A stretch of 64,000 bases of DNA from NCBI GenBank assembly GCA_026415505.1, contig JAOAGY010000019.1, positions 7,485 to 71,484 on the forward strand. Reading direction: 5' to 3'. Source of the DNA: Chlorobiota bacterium (lineage in GTDB: Bacteria; Bacteroidota; Ignavibacteria; Kapaibacteriales; NICIL-2). The notes under the pieces were generated by a model that was given only the letters and a program-made list of their open reading frames with translations, did no database searches and was not told the DNA's origin. Made by a program: the position numbers and the translations under genes. Shown piece by piece: positions 40,051 to 49,133 of this stretch (the first letter of the stretch is position 1; each line of letters starts with the position of its first letter).

Positions 40051-42863
40051 CGCTTGTCGGACTTGGGGCGTTGCTCGGTCGCTGTTCGGCATTGCATCGT
40101 CGCGAGCATACGACGGAGTTCGTCCGCCAAGGCAGCGTCACTTTCGCGATCGAGCATCGCGGCAAGCTTGCAGCGAAGCGGCGAACCAGCCAGCGCGCGG
40201 TAGAACGTCGCTCGCACCGACGGCGAGGACCGCGCTACGGTTCGCTCCAGCTCTTGCCACTGCGAGGCAAACGTTGCACTCGTCGAATCGAGCATTGCAG
40301 CACACAGCACGATCGAACGGCGCATGGCATCGCTTGTCGCATCGCGGAGCAGCACAGCCAGCGTCGCTGGATTCCATGCATCGCCGTAACGAAAACCCAG
40401 CACCGCACTGGTACGAACGATCGCTGCCGTGTCGCGCAACATGCGAAGAATGCGGTCGCGCACTGAAAGTCCCTCGACAGCACCCAACGCAGCAGCGACG
40501 CGTGCGCGTACCCACGGATGCTCGTCTTGCATGCGCTGAGCGACGTGCGGAACCAGATGCCGAAACTTGCCCTCGGCTACTTGCTGAAGTGCAGCAGAAC
40601 GAATTCGCCAATCCGGGTGGCGAAAAAATCGCACGAGCGAATCCGCCAACGCCGACATGCGACACTTCCCGATCGCCCACAGACAGAACTGCACCGTGCT
40701 CGGTCGATTCGACCCGAGCGAGTCGGCAATCAGTGCGGTCACCGCTGCCGAATCGGCGTGGTACAGACGCGGCACGATGTCTTCGAGCGCCAAGCGTTCG
40801 CGCGGGAAGATCGTGCCGAGCTTCGAAGCAATCAGCGGAAGCGCTGCCGTTCCACGCTCGACGATCGCTGTTCGCGCCGGTGCGACGTAGTGCTGGTATT
40901 TCTGCGGCGCAGTGCTCGCCAGCACGAACAAGCTGTCGAGCGATCCGGGCAGACTGACCGGCGAACGCTCGCGTTGCGGCGCGGTGTTCTCCCCCTGACG
41001 TGTGGCAGCGAGCGTGTCGTCGAGCGCAATCCCGACGGTGGATTTGATCGTCGTCGTTGCGTTGCCGAACTCGAACGCGTACCGATCGTTGCCGCCGGCA
41101 TCGACGAACACGCCGAGCATCGGCAGTCCGCGGCGCAGATCGGAAAATCCGCGCGTGTTGTCGTCGTTGCGCGCGATGTACGCATCGTCGCCAGCGGCAT
41201 CGAGAAAAATGCTGACAGCGTTCGCATTGCCACCACCGAGCGAAAGCGATTCGACGCAGTAGTTGTCGCTGCCTGCTTCGTCGAACAGCATACCGACGCC
41301 GACGTCGTGACCGCAACCTTGCGAGACACCGCGTGCGACGTACAGATCGTTGCCCTGGCGATCCCAGAGCAATCCATGTGCGAAGTGAATGCCCGCACCT
41401 TGCGCGTACTGGTAGGCGATGTAGCGATCTTCCCCACTGCGATCGTCGAGCATGCCGACACCGAACCAATACGCAGTGCCTTGCCCGTAGATGTCGCTCG
41501 TGTACACGTCGTTACCCGCTCGGTCGGTCAGCAATGCGATACCGCCGCTGGCGATCGGACGATAGCCGAGCGCTGCACCTTGCGTGAACGCCACATAGTG
41601 CGAGTCGTAGCGGAGCACGTCCACGAACGGACTCGACGTCGCGTAATGGTCGTTGCCGGCATCGTCGGCGAGGACTGCGACGCCGCGCGTGCCCGCGAAT
41701 GCTTGACCGTGTGCATACGCCGTGTAGCTATCGTTGCCGCTGCGATCGAGCAGGAGCGCAACGCCGAATACTGCCGCAGCTTGTGTGCAAACTGCGCCGA
41801 TGTACGTATCGTCGCCGCCATCGTCGCGGAGAATACCGACGCCCCACAAACCGCAGCCGAGCGAGAAATTCCCGCCACGCCAGATGTCGTTGCCGCCGAG
41901 ATCGAGCGCGATACCGCAGCCGGCGATACCGGCGCCGAGCGTGTAATCGCTGCCGATGTAGAGATCGTCGCCTCGAAGGTCGATGATCACCTGCACACCG
42001 CGCTGGAAGGCACGCTGTTTGGAGCTTTCCAGATGGTACGTGTCGTTGCCGCCGACGTCGAAGATGAAGGCAAAATCGCCGCGATAGACATCGTCGCCTG
42101 GTCCGCCGATCGCACAACGACCGTAGGGCGTATCCCAGACGATCGTGCGGATGCTGTCGCGGAGGAGCTGCTCGGCGCTGCTCGCTCGCTGAAGAACACC
42201 GGCGAGCTGCCCATACAGCCGAAGCCCTTCGGCAATGAGCACGGATGGATCGGCGAGCAATGCTTCCTCGAAGAACGCCCGCGCGATCGAATCGCCGCGT
42301 AGCTCAGCGGCTTTGAGTTGGTACGGATCGGCGTTTTCGTCGTCTTTCGAAAGCAACCACAGCGAATCGCTCTGCGCAAGAAGCAGCGGATCGCTGCGCA
42401 AAAACCGCCGCACGCTTTCGGTCGCTGCAAGGTACGCCGCGATCGGTCGGAGATACTGCTGCACGATGCTTTGATAGACCAGCGACGTTCGCAGAATGGC
42501 TGAGTCGCGAGGATCGGCGGGATAATGCTCCCACCCCGCCGCTGCAGTCGAAACCAGCGGCACAGTCCATCCGCCGAGTTTGACCAGTTGCTCCATCGCT
42601 TGTTGATTCATGCTAGTGCGGAGCGAATCGGCGATGGCACCGAGCTGCTCGGCAAGTCGCATCATCGCGAGTGGATCGCCGAAGATGCGCTCGACCGGTT
42701 CGAGGCGGTGACGATCGCGCGCGACGAGATCGCTCGGCAATGCAAGGTCGCTCCACCGCATGCCCAGTCGTTCGAGTCCACGCTCGACGAGCGATTGCGC
42801 GGTTTGTCCCATTGCAGCGGCGCCGATCGCGCATGCCAGAACGAGCAGCAAGTGCCATCTCAT
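40047..42863 (-). CDS. Secreted protein with Gly/Asp-rich (GxDxY) repeats and C-terminal HEAT repeats
   Basis: Signal peptide, about 10 D-x-G-N/D-D-x-Y repeats, HEAT repeats (WRIRSAA, PWVRARVAAALG). Confidence 0.7.
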   Translation of the reverse strand: MRWHLLLVLACAIGAAAMGQTAQSLVERGLERLGMRWSDLALPSDLVARDRHRLEPVERIFGDPLAMMRLAEQLGAIADSLRTSMNQQAMEQLVKLGGWTVPLVSTAAAGWEHYPADPRDSAILRTSLVYQSIVQQYLRPIAAYLAATESVRRFLRSDPLLLAQSDSLWLLSKDDENADPYQLKAAELRGDSIARAFFEEALLADPSVLIAEGLRLYGQLAGVLQRASSAEQLLRDSIRTIVWDTPYGRCAIGGPGDDVYRGDFAFIFDVGGNDTYHLESSKQRAFQRGVQVIIDLRGDDLYIGSDYTLGAGIAGCGIALDLGGNDIWRGGNFSLGCGLWGVGILRDDGGDDTYIGAVCTQAAAVFGVALLLDRSGNDSYTAYAHGQAFAGTRGVAVLADDAGNDHYATSSPFVDVLRYDSHYVAFTQGAALGYRPIASGGIALLTDRAGNDVYTSDIYGQGTAYWFGVGMLDDRSGEDRYIAYQYAQGAGIHFAHGLLWDRQGNDLYVARGVSQGCGHDVGVGMLFDEAGSDNYCVESLSLGGGNANAVSIFLDAAGDDAYIARNDDNTRGFSDLRRGLPMLGVFVDAGGNDRYAFEFGNATTTIKSTVGIALDDTLAATRQGENTAPQRERSPVSLPGSLDSLFVLASTAPQKYQHYVAPARTAIVERGTAALPLIASKLGTIFPRERLALEDIVPRLYHADSAAVTALIADSLGSNRPSTVQFCLWAIGKCRMSALADSLVRFFRHPDWRIRSAALQQVAEGKFRHLVPHVAQRMQDEHPWVRARVAAALGAVEGLSVRDRILRMLRDTAAIVRTSAVLGFRYGDAWNPATLAVLLRDATSDAMRRSIVLCAAMLDSTSATFASQWQELERTVARSSPSVRATFYRALAGSPLRCKLAAMLDRESDAALADELRRMLATMQCRTATEQRPKSDKR

Positions 42864-44005
42864 CGCTCACCCTGCGAGGATTGTTGCGGTAAGAGCACCA
42901 CGTGCGCATCGTCCCCCGACCGACCGATCGCATGGAAACGCCAGCGTGGCGCATGGTCGAGCGCGCCGACAGCGAAGCCCTCGAAGATGCGCACGCCGCT
43001 GCCGAGGACGATCGGTGCAACGAATGCATGCAGCTCGTCGAGAACGCCTTCGGCGAGGCAGCGCGCGAGAACGCGACCGCCCCCCTCGACCAGCACCGAA
43101 GTGATGGCGAAATCTTTGCCCAGCATTCGCAGAAGCGCAGGAATCGACAGCAACCCATCGTCGCCAGTCGGGACGCCGACGACCGTCACACCGTTGCGGC
43201 GGAGCTGATCGGCTCTGTGCGACGGAAGATTCTCCAGACTCGTGCACACGATCGTTCGCATGCGATGCTCGTCGCTCAGCACGCGCATGGTCTGCGGCAA
43301 CGACAGATGCGTGTCGAGCACGATACGGCGTGGCATGCGTCCGCGCACCATACGCGGTCCGAGATGCGGATCGTCGCATTCGACGGTTCCGCGTCCGACG
43401 AGCACTGCGTCCACTTCGGCGCGGAGTATGTGCGCACGCCGCCGCGACTCGTCGCCGCTGATCCACTTGGACTGCCCCTGTGCCGTCGCGATACAGCCAT
43501 CGAGCGAGATCGCAGCTTTGCCGATGACATACGGCAGACCGCTCGTGGTGTGCTTGACGAAAAAGCGGTTGAGCCACTGGCACTCTCGCTCCCGCACTCC
43601 GACGACGACCTCGATGCCAGCCTGGCGCAATTGCTCGACGCCGCCGCCGGCTGTCGGATTGGGATCGCGCATTCCGACGACCACTCGCCGAATGCCGCGT
43701 TCCGGATCGAGCGTGCCGTCGTCGCGACGCTTCGTCGCAATGATCGCATCGGTACAGGGCGGTTGTTTGCCGTAATGCGTGCACGGTTCGAGCGTGACGA
43801 CGAGCGTTGCGCCGTCGAGCTGCTCTCGCGCGCTTTGGAGTGCGTGCATTTCAGCGTGCAGTCCGCCGTAGTGATCGTGCCAGCCTTCGGCGACGATGCG
43901 TCCATCGCGCACGATGACGCAGCCAACACGCGGATTGGGACTGACTTTTCCCGTACCGCGGAGCGCAAGCTCGAGCGCTCTCCCCATCGCTTCGTAGTCG
44001 GTCAT
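42860..44005 (-). CDS. ribD: Bifunctional riboflavin biosynthesis deaminase/reductase
   Basis: SPNPRVG, HAE, TLEPCTHYGKQPPC, SLDG, GQSKWIS, VLVEGG. Confidence 0.96.
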   Translation of the reverse strand: MTDYEAMGRALELALRGTGKVSPNPRVGCVIVRDGRIVAEGWHDHYGGLHAEMHALQSAREQLDGATLVVTLEPCTHYGKQPPCTDAIIATKRRDDGTLDPERGIRRVVVGMRDPNPTAGGGVEQLRQAGIEVVVGVRERECQWLNRFFVKHTTSGLPYVIGKAAISLDGCIATAQGQSKWISGDESRRRAHILRAEVDAVLVGRGTVECDDPHLGPRMVRGRMPRRIVLDTHLSLPQTMRVLSDEHRMRTIVCTSLENLPSHRADQLRRNGVTVVGVPTGDDGLLSIPALLRMLGKDFAITSVLVEGGGRVLARCLAEGVLDELHAFVAPIVLGSGVRIFEGFAVGALDHAPRWRFHAIGRSGDDAHVVLLPQQSSQGER

Positions 44006-44838
44006 GGCTTGCCGCCCTTCCAATCGAACGAAATGCTCGCGGTGTAGGGATACGGCTTGGCTACCAGCGAGAGCACCGCTGTGTAGCGACCGGCAGGTAG
44101 GACCGTGCCATTGTCATCGGTACCAGGCCATTCGAATGTGAATCGTTTGATCTCTCCGCGTCTTGGTTGCACAGGCGAGACCTCTTGCAGATACTCGATT
44201 CCCGTATTGCTGCTGAAGCGGAGCCGACCTTCACTGTCGAAAATCTGCACCCGGAGACGTTCGCTGGTTGGGTGATAATCTTCGCCGTAGCCGCGATTGC
44301 GCTTTGCGAGTAGAGCAAATACGATGCTCGTATCGGTTTGGGCATCAATGAACGGCGTTACAGTCACGAACGGAGGGGTCGAGTCTGCCGGCAGCGACAT
44401 GACAGTATCGAACGTTACCGAATAGTTTCGCCGGTCGAGCGTCGCAATTTCGAAGCGACATCTCACCGTGTCGAGCAGAACTCCCAGTGGATTCGACCAC
44501 CGCCCGTATCCTTCGGTGCTGATAGTGTCGAGCTTTTCCCGCAAGCCGGTTGTGCCGTTGACGATCGGGAGTGTAATCGCGGTGTCGTAAGTAGCACGAC
44601 CACGCACCGAGAACACTGCCTGAATACTTTCGATGCCGAACACGAAACGGTGTAGCGGAGAACTGGAATCGCGCAGTGTCCGAAATCGTATCTCCACGTT
44701 GAGCCCGCCGTTGCGAAACTGCACCAGCGTCTGCGGTGTGACAGGCGGAGTTGTCTCCGAAGGTGGGTGTTGTGGAGCTGCCGTACGACAACTCACGAGA
44801 AGTACGGCAACGAGCACTCCGATTGTCGAATCTCGCAT
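44002..44838 (-). CDS. Hypothetical lipoprotein with a C-terminal Ig-like (BsuPI/FlgD-like) domain
   Basis: Lipobox LLVSC, FEWPGTDDNGTVLPAGRYTA. Confidence 0.6.
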   Translation of the reverse strand: MRDSTIGVLVAVLLVSCRTAAPQHPPSETTPPVTPQTLVQFRNGGLNVEIRFRTLRDSSSPLHRFVFGIESIQAVFSVRGRATYDTAITLPIVNGTTGLREKLDTISTEGYGRWSNPLGVLLDTVRCRFEIATLDRRNYSVTFDTVMSLPADSTPPFVTVTPFIDAQTDTSIVFALLAKRNRGYGEDYHPTSERLRVQIFDSEGRLRFSSNTGIEYLQEVSPVQPRRGEIKRFTFEWPGTDDNGTVLPAGRYTAVLSLVAKPYPYTASISFDWKGGKP

Positions 44839-44942
44839 ACGAACGTCTCCAAAAAAACCGGTGACACTGATCAAGCGACGTTTCAAAAATGCAAACGGGA
44901 GCAGACATCGCTGCCCCCGCCGCTCCGATTGCAGGAGAGAGG

Positions 44943-45572
44943 TCACTCTTCGGCTTTCTTGCCTTTTTGGGCGACCAACTCTGGCTCGGTCGGTTGCTGG
45001 ACCACCGGTGTTTCTTCGGCGACACGTTTTGCGATGACAGCAGCGATCGCCACTTCGGGTGCGTGTTTGAAGGTCAAACCGGGGATGGAAAGATCGCCGA
45101 CGTGAACCGATTGACCGATGCGCAAGTGCGAGACGTCAACATCGAGATGCTCGGGCAGGTCCGCTGGCTTGCATACGACGGTCACCTTGTGCATGATTTG
45201 CTCGAGCAAGCCACCCTGCTCGTGCACACCGACCGGCGTACCGACCAACCGAACAGGCACTTCGAACTCGACGGCACGATCGGCACTGATACCGTAAAGG
45301 TCGAAGTGGACGATCGCATCGGTGACCGGATCGAAGGCGACGTCCTTGAGAATGCACTCGTAGCGACGCTCGTGCCCTTCGATTTCCAGTTGCACAACGT
45401 GCGTTTCGCGCGTGTACACCAACGGATGCAACGACAGCGGATGCACAGCGACCGGAATCGGTTGTATCGCTGTCGCGTAGAAAATGCCGGGGACTTTCCC
45501 GCTCCGGCGGAGACGCTTTGCTGCTTGCTTACCGGTCGGTCGGGTCGTTGCTTTCAAAACCAGTTCGCTCAT
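44943..45572 (-). CDS. rplY: 50S ribosomal protein L25 / general stress protein Ctc
   Basis: KRLRRSGKVPGIFY, HFDLY, GGLLEQ. Follows prs. Confidence 0.95.
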   Translation of the reverse strand: MSELVLKATTRPTGKQAAKRLRRSGKVPGIFYATAIQPIPVAVHPLSLHPLVYTRETHVVQLEIEGHERRYECILKDVAFDPVTDAIVHFDLYGISADRAVEFEVPVRLVGTPVGVHEQGGLLEQIMHKVTVVCKPADLPEHLDVDVSHLRIGQSVHVGDLSIPGLTFKHAPEVAIAAVIAKRVAEETPVVQQPTEPELVAQKGKKAEE

Positions 45573-45599
45573 GGAACCAACGCAAAATGTGTGACAACG

Positions 45600-46592
45600 C
45601 TATCGAATGATGTCGAACAGCGACGAGATGGATTCGTTCCGGTGCGTTCGCAAAATTGCCTCTGCCAGCATATCGGCAACCGAGACGACGCGAATTTTCG
45701 GCGATTGCTGGCGGAGCGGTATCGTGTCGGTCACGTACACGCGCGCGATGTCGTCGCAGTCCTCGATTGCCTCCAGTGCATGTCCGGAAAACACTGCATG
45801 CGTGCATGCTCCGACGATCGTGCGTGCGCCGTGCGCTTTGAGCGTCCGCGCACAGGTGACGAACGTTCCGCCGGTATCGACCAGATCGTCGACGATGACG
45901 ACGTCTTTGCCTTCGACGTCGCCGATGACGGTCATGACTTCGCTGACGTTCGGTGCCGGTCGGCGTTTGTCGACCAAAACCAGATCGGCATGGAGTCGCT
46001 TGGCATACGCACGCGCTGTTTTCGCACCGCCGACGTCCGGCGACGCAACGGCGAGATTGTCCAGCGGCTCTTCCTCCAGTACCGGAAGCAACACCCGCGA
46101 TGCGTACAGGTGATCGAGCGGAATGTCGAAAAAGCCCTGCAACTGTGGCGTGTGCAAGTCGATCGTGATGATGCGATCGGCGCCTGCAACTGTCAGCAGA
46201 TTCGCAACGAGTTTGGCGGTGATCGAAACGCGCGGCTGGTCTTTCCGATCTTGCCGCGCATAACCGAAGTACGGGATCACTGCCGTGATGCGCGATGCCG
46301 ATGCTCGGCGTGCCGCATCGATCAAGATCAGCAGCTCCATCAAATTGTCCGCCGGAGCGTAGGTGGATTGCACGATGAACAGGTCCACCCCGCGGATGTT
46401 TTCTTCGTACTTGACCCAGATTTCGCCGTCGCTGAAATTGCGGATCGTCACATCGGCGAGCTCCAATCCCGCAGATCGTGCCACCCGCTGGGCGAGATCG
46501 CGATGAGAACGTCCGGAGACGATTTTGATCTCCGACGGAACGATTCCTTCCTGAAGCGGATGCAACGACGATGCGAGCGACGGCTGACTCAT
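45600..46592 (-). CDS. prs: Ribose-phosphate pyrophosphokinase
   Basis: FSDGE, PYFGYARQDRK, SPDVGG, VDDLVDTGGT. Confidence 0.96.
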   Translation of the reverse strand: MSQPSLASSLHPLQEGIVPSEIKIVSGRSHRDLAQRVARSAGLELADVTIRNFSDGEIWVKYEENIRGVDLFIVQSTYAPADNLMELLILIDAARRASASRITAVIPYFGYARQDRKDQPRVSITAKLVANLLTVAGADRIITIDLHTPQLQGFFDIPLDHLYASRVLLPVLEEEPLDNLAVASPDVGGAKTARAYAKRLHADLVLVDKRRPAPNVSEVMTVIGDVEGKDVVIVDDLVDTGGTFVTCARTLKAHGARTIVGACTHAVFSGHALEAIEDCDDIARVYVTDTIPLRQQSPKIRVVSVADMLAEAILRTHRNESISSLFDIIR

Positions 46593-46638
46593 GGGCGTGC
46601 GGTCGGGAGACTTTGCTCGCTGGCACTGCCAGCATGTG

Positions 46639-46710
46639 CTGGGGCGGCTGGATTCGAACCAACGAATGGCGGATCCAAAGTCCGCTGCCTTGCCACTTGG
46701 CGACGCCCCA
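46639..46710 (-). tRNA. tRNA-Gln (TTG)
   Basis: TGGGGCG...GCGGA-CTTTGGA-TCCGC...GGTTCGAATCC...CGCCCCA-G. Conserved tRNA-Gln-prs-rplY context. Confidence 0.95.
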
Positions 46711-46785
46711 ACTCGCCTGTACCCACAAATGGCACAGCGTTTCGGAGCGCAAATATACGGCACCGAACACCACAGAACTTCCGCG

Positions 46786-47667
46786 CTACCGAGCGAGCTG
46801 TTGCGCGCGATCTGCTCCATCGGTGCCGAGCAGTGCCGCCATGAGCAAGCGGTACCGCTGGCGAAGCTCCTCGTTGCGATCCATTGCGGCAAGATGTCGC
46901 TCGATCGTCGGGACATCGCCGCGCGCAGCAGGTCCGGTACGCGCTATCGGCTCACCCCGTGTCAACGCCGCCACGGCGCTGTCGAACGTCGCACGCAGAA
47001 TCGGCGGCAGAAACAGCGACGCTGGAATCCCCGCTGCTTCTGCGACCTGCTCTGCCAGCGCGATCGCTTCGGTCGTCACGTTCGAGGCGAGCACTGCCGC
47101 AGCGTGGTAAAGCGCTTTGCGACGCTCGTCGGTCGGTCCGAGCAGATACGGCGTACCACCGACCATCCGAACCAGCGATTCGATTCGAGTGTAGCTTTGC
47201 GGATCGCCCTCGATTCCCCACACTGCGCCGTAGAGCCACGCCGGATCGGGTTCCGGTATCATCGTGAACGGATGCGCCGACGCAACGTGCGCACCGAACG
47301 ACGACACCGGTGCAAGCACCGACGCCGTCAACGCACCGGACACGTGCACAACCGTCTTGCCGGCGAGCTGATCGGCGAAGCGACGAGCGAGCGTTACCGC
47401 TATTTCGCCGATTGCGCGATCGGCGACCGCGACGACGACCAACTCGGGCAGGACCGCGACCTCCGCAAGCGAACCGACGATCGGAACGGTTTTCTCCGCA
47501 TGTCGCAACTGCACGCGCCGCCACGGCGAACGAACGACGATCCACGCCACGTGCGGCATCAATGCTCGCGCGAGCGCGCCGCCGACGCGACCGCCGCCGA
47601 CGATACCGACACGAAACGGAAGTTTCCCGAGCGCTGGCGCTTGCTGCACCGATTCGAGCGACGACAC
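46786..47667 (-). CDS. Rossmann-like / DUF2520 oxidoreductase
   Basis: GIVGGGRVG, VHVSGA, SAHP, YHAAAVLASN, TGPAARGD. Confidence 0.85.
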   Translation of the reverse strand: MSSLESVQQAPALGKLPFRVGIVGGGRVGGALARALMPHVAWIVVRSPWRRVQLRHAEKTVPIVGSLAEVAVLPELVVVAVADRAIGEIAVTLARRFADQLAGKTVVHVSGALTASVLAPVSSFGAHVASAHPFTMIPEPDPAWLYGAVWGIEGDPQSYTRIESLVRMVGGTPYLLGPTDERRKALYHAAAVLASNVTTEAIALAEQVAEAAGIPASLFLPPILRATFDSAVAALTRGEPIARTGPAARGDVPTIERHLAAMDRNEELRQRYRLLMAALLGTDGADRAQQLAR

Positions 47668-47673
47668 GGCGGG

Positions 47674-49128
47674 CTACTCCTCCAGTGGTACGATGTCGTA
47701 ACCGTCGCTGCGGTCGCGAACCTGATAACCTTCGGCAGCGATGCGCTGACGAAGCTGATCGGCAAGAGCGAAGTTGCGCTCCAACCGTGCCTGCCACCGC
47801 TGGCGCGCGAGCTGCTCGATGTGCGCCGGTATCTGCAGCGGCGGACGCTCTCCGATGTGCCACACAGCGACGACATCGTTCAGCTCGGCGAAAAAGTCCA
47901 AAAGCGATCGCTGCGTCGGACGATCGAGTTCCGATGCCGGATGATCGCCGATGAACGTAAAAAGCGACGCCAGCGCCTTCGGCGTGTGCAGATTGTCGGC
48001 AAGATGACCGAACACCTCGCGGCGCAACGCCTCGACGTCGCACGTGCGTTGCCCGTGCTGCTCCGAGAGCTGGTAGATGTAGTCCTGCACCCGACGTCGT
48101 GCACGACGCGCAGCAGCGACGCCATCGAATGTGAAGTTGTACACCGACTGATAGTGCGCACCGAGCATCGCGTATCGCACGTCGAGCGGATCGAGTCCGC
48201 GTGCGATCAGGTCGTCGAGCGTGAAGAAATTGCCGAGCGATTTGCTCATCTTCTCGCCCTCGACTTCGAGGAATTCGTTGTGCACCCAAAACCGCGCTGT
48301 TTCGGAGCCGTAGCCGGCAGCACTCTGGGCGATTTCGTCTTCGTGATGCGGGAATCGCAAGTCCACACCGCCGGTGTGAATGTCGAACGGCAAGCCGAGC
48401 AATTCGTGTCCCATCGCCGAGCATTCGATGTGCCAGCCGGGACGACCGGGCAACACGCGACCATCGAGCTCGAAATCCCACCACGGCTCGCCCTCTTTGC
48501 GAGCTTTCCAGAGCACGAAATCGGAGACTTCCTCGCGCTGGTATTGATCGGCGTCGATACGAGCGCCTGCGACGAAATGCTCCAAGTCCACAGCGAACAG
48601 CAGCCCGTAGGGATGGCGCTCGATCCAGCGCGACAGGTCGAAATACACGCTTCCCTCGGCGACGTATGCAAAGCCATTGCGCCAAATGCGGCGAATCAGC
48701 TCCATCATCGCCGGGATGTATTCGGTCGCACGCGGCATGGCAAGCAAATGCTCGCGACGGATGCCGATTGCTTCGATGTCGCGCAAGAAAACCTGCTCGT
48801 AGTAGCGCGTCAGGCGACGCAAGTTCTCGAGCGGATCGCTCGTCTGCTCGCCCATGACATCGGATTTCCAGGCGGGACTGCCCGGCTGACTATCGCGAAT
48901 GGTTTTGTCGTCGATGTCGGTGATGTTCATCACCCACCGAACACGATAGCCGCCGACCGTGCGCAACACTCGCTGGAGAAGGTCCGCACAGAGAAACGCG
49001 CGGAGATTGCCGATGTGCACGTGATTGTACACCGTCGGACCGCACGAATACATGCGCACCGTCTGCGGTTCGATCGGTTCGAAACGCTCGATGCTTCGCG
49101 ACAGCGTGTTGTAGAGCCGTATGTCCAT
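47674..49128 (-). CDS. cysS: Cysteine--tRNA ligase
   Basis: CGPTVY, HIGN, GRPGWHIECS, HTGGVDLRFPHHE, KMSKS. Start at ATG 49128. Confidence 0.97.
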   Translation of the reverse strand: MDIRLYNTLSRSIERFEPIEPQTVRMYSCGPTVYNHVHIGNLRAFLCADLLQRVLRTVGGYRVRWVMNITDIDDKTIRDSQPGSPAWKSDVMGEQTSDPLENLRRLTRYYEQVFLRDIEAIGIRREHLLAMPRATEYIPAMMELIRRIWRNGFAYVAEGSVYFDLSRWIERHPYGLLFAVDLEHFVAGARIDADQYQREEVSDFVLWKARKEGEPWWDFELDGRVLPGRPGWHIECSAMGHELLGLPFDIHTGGVDLRFPHHEDEIAQSAAGYGSETARFWVHNEFLEVEGEKMSKSLGNFFTLDDLIARGLDPLDVRYAMLGAHYQSVYNFTFDGVAAARRARRRVQDYIYQLSEQHGQRTCDVEALRREVFGHLADNLHTPKALASLFTFIGDHPASELDRPTQRSLLDFFAELNDVVAVWHIGERPPLQIPAHIEQLARQRWQARLERNFALADQLRQRIAAEGYQVRDRSDGYDIVPLEE

Positions 49129-49133
49129 AGCGC

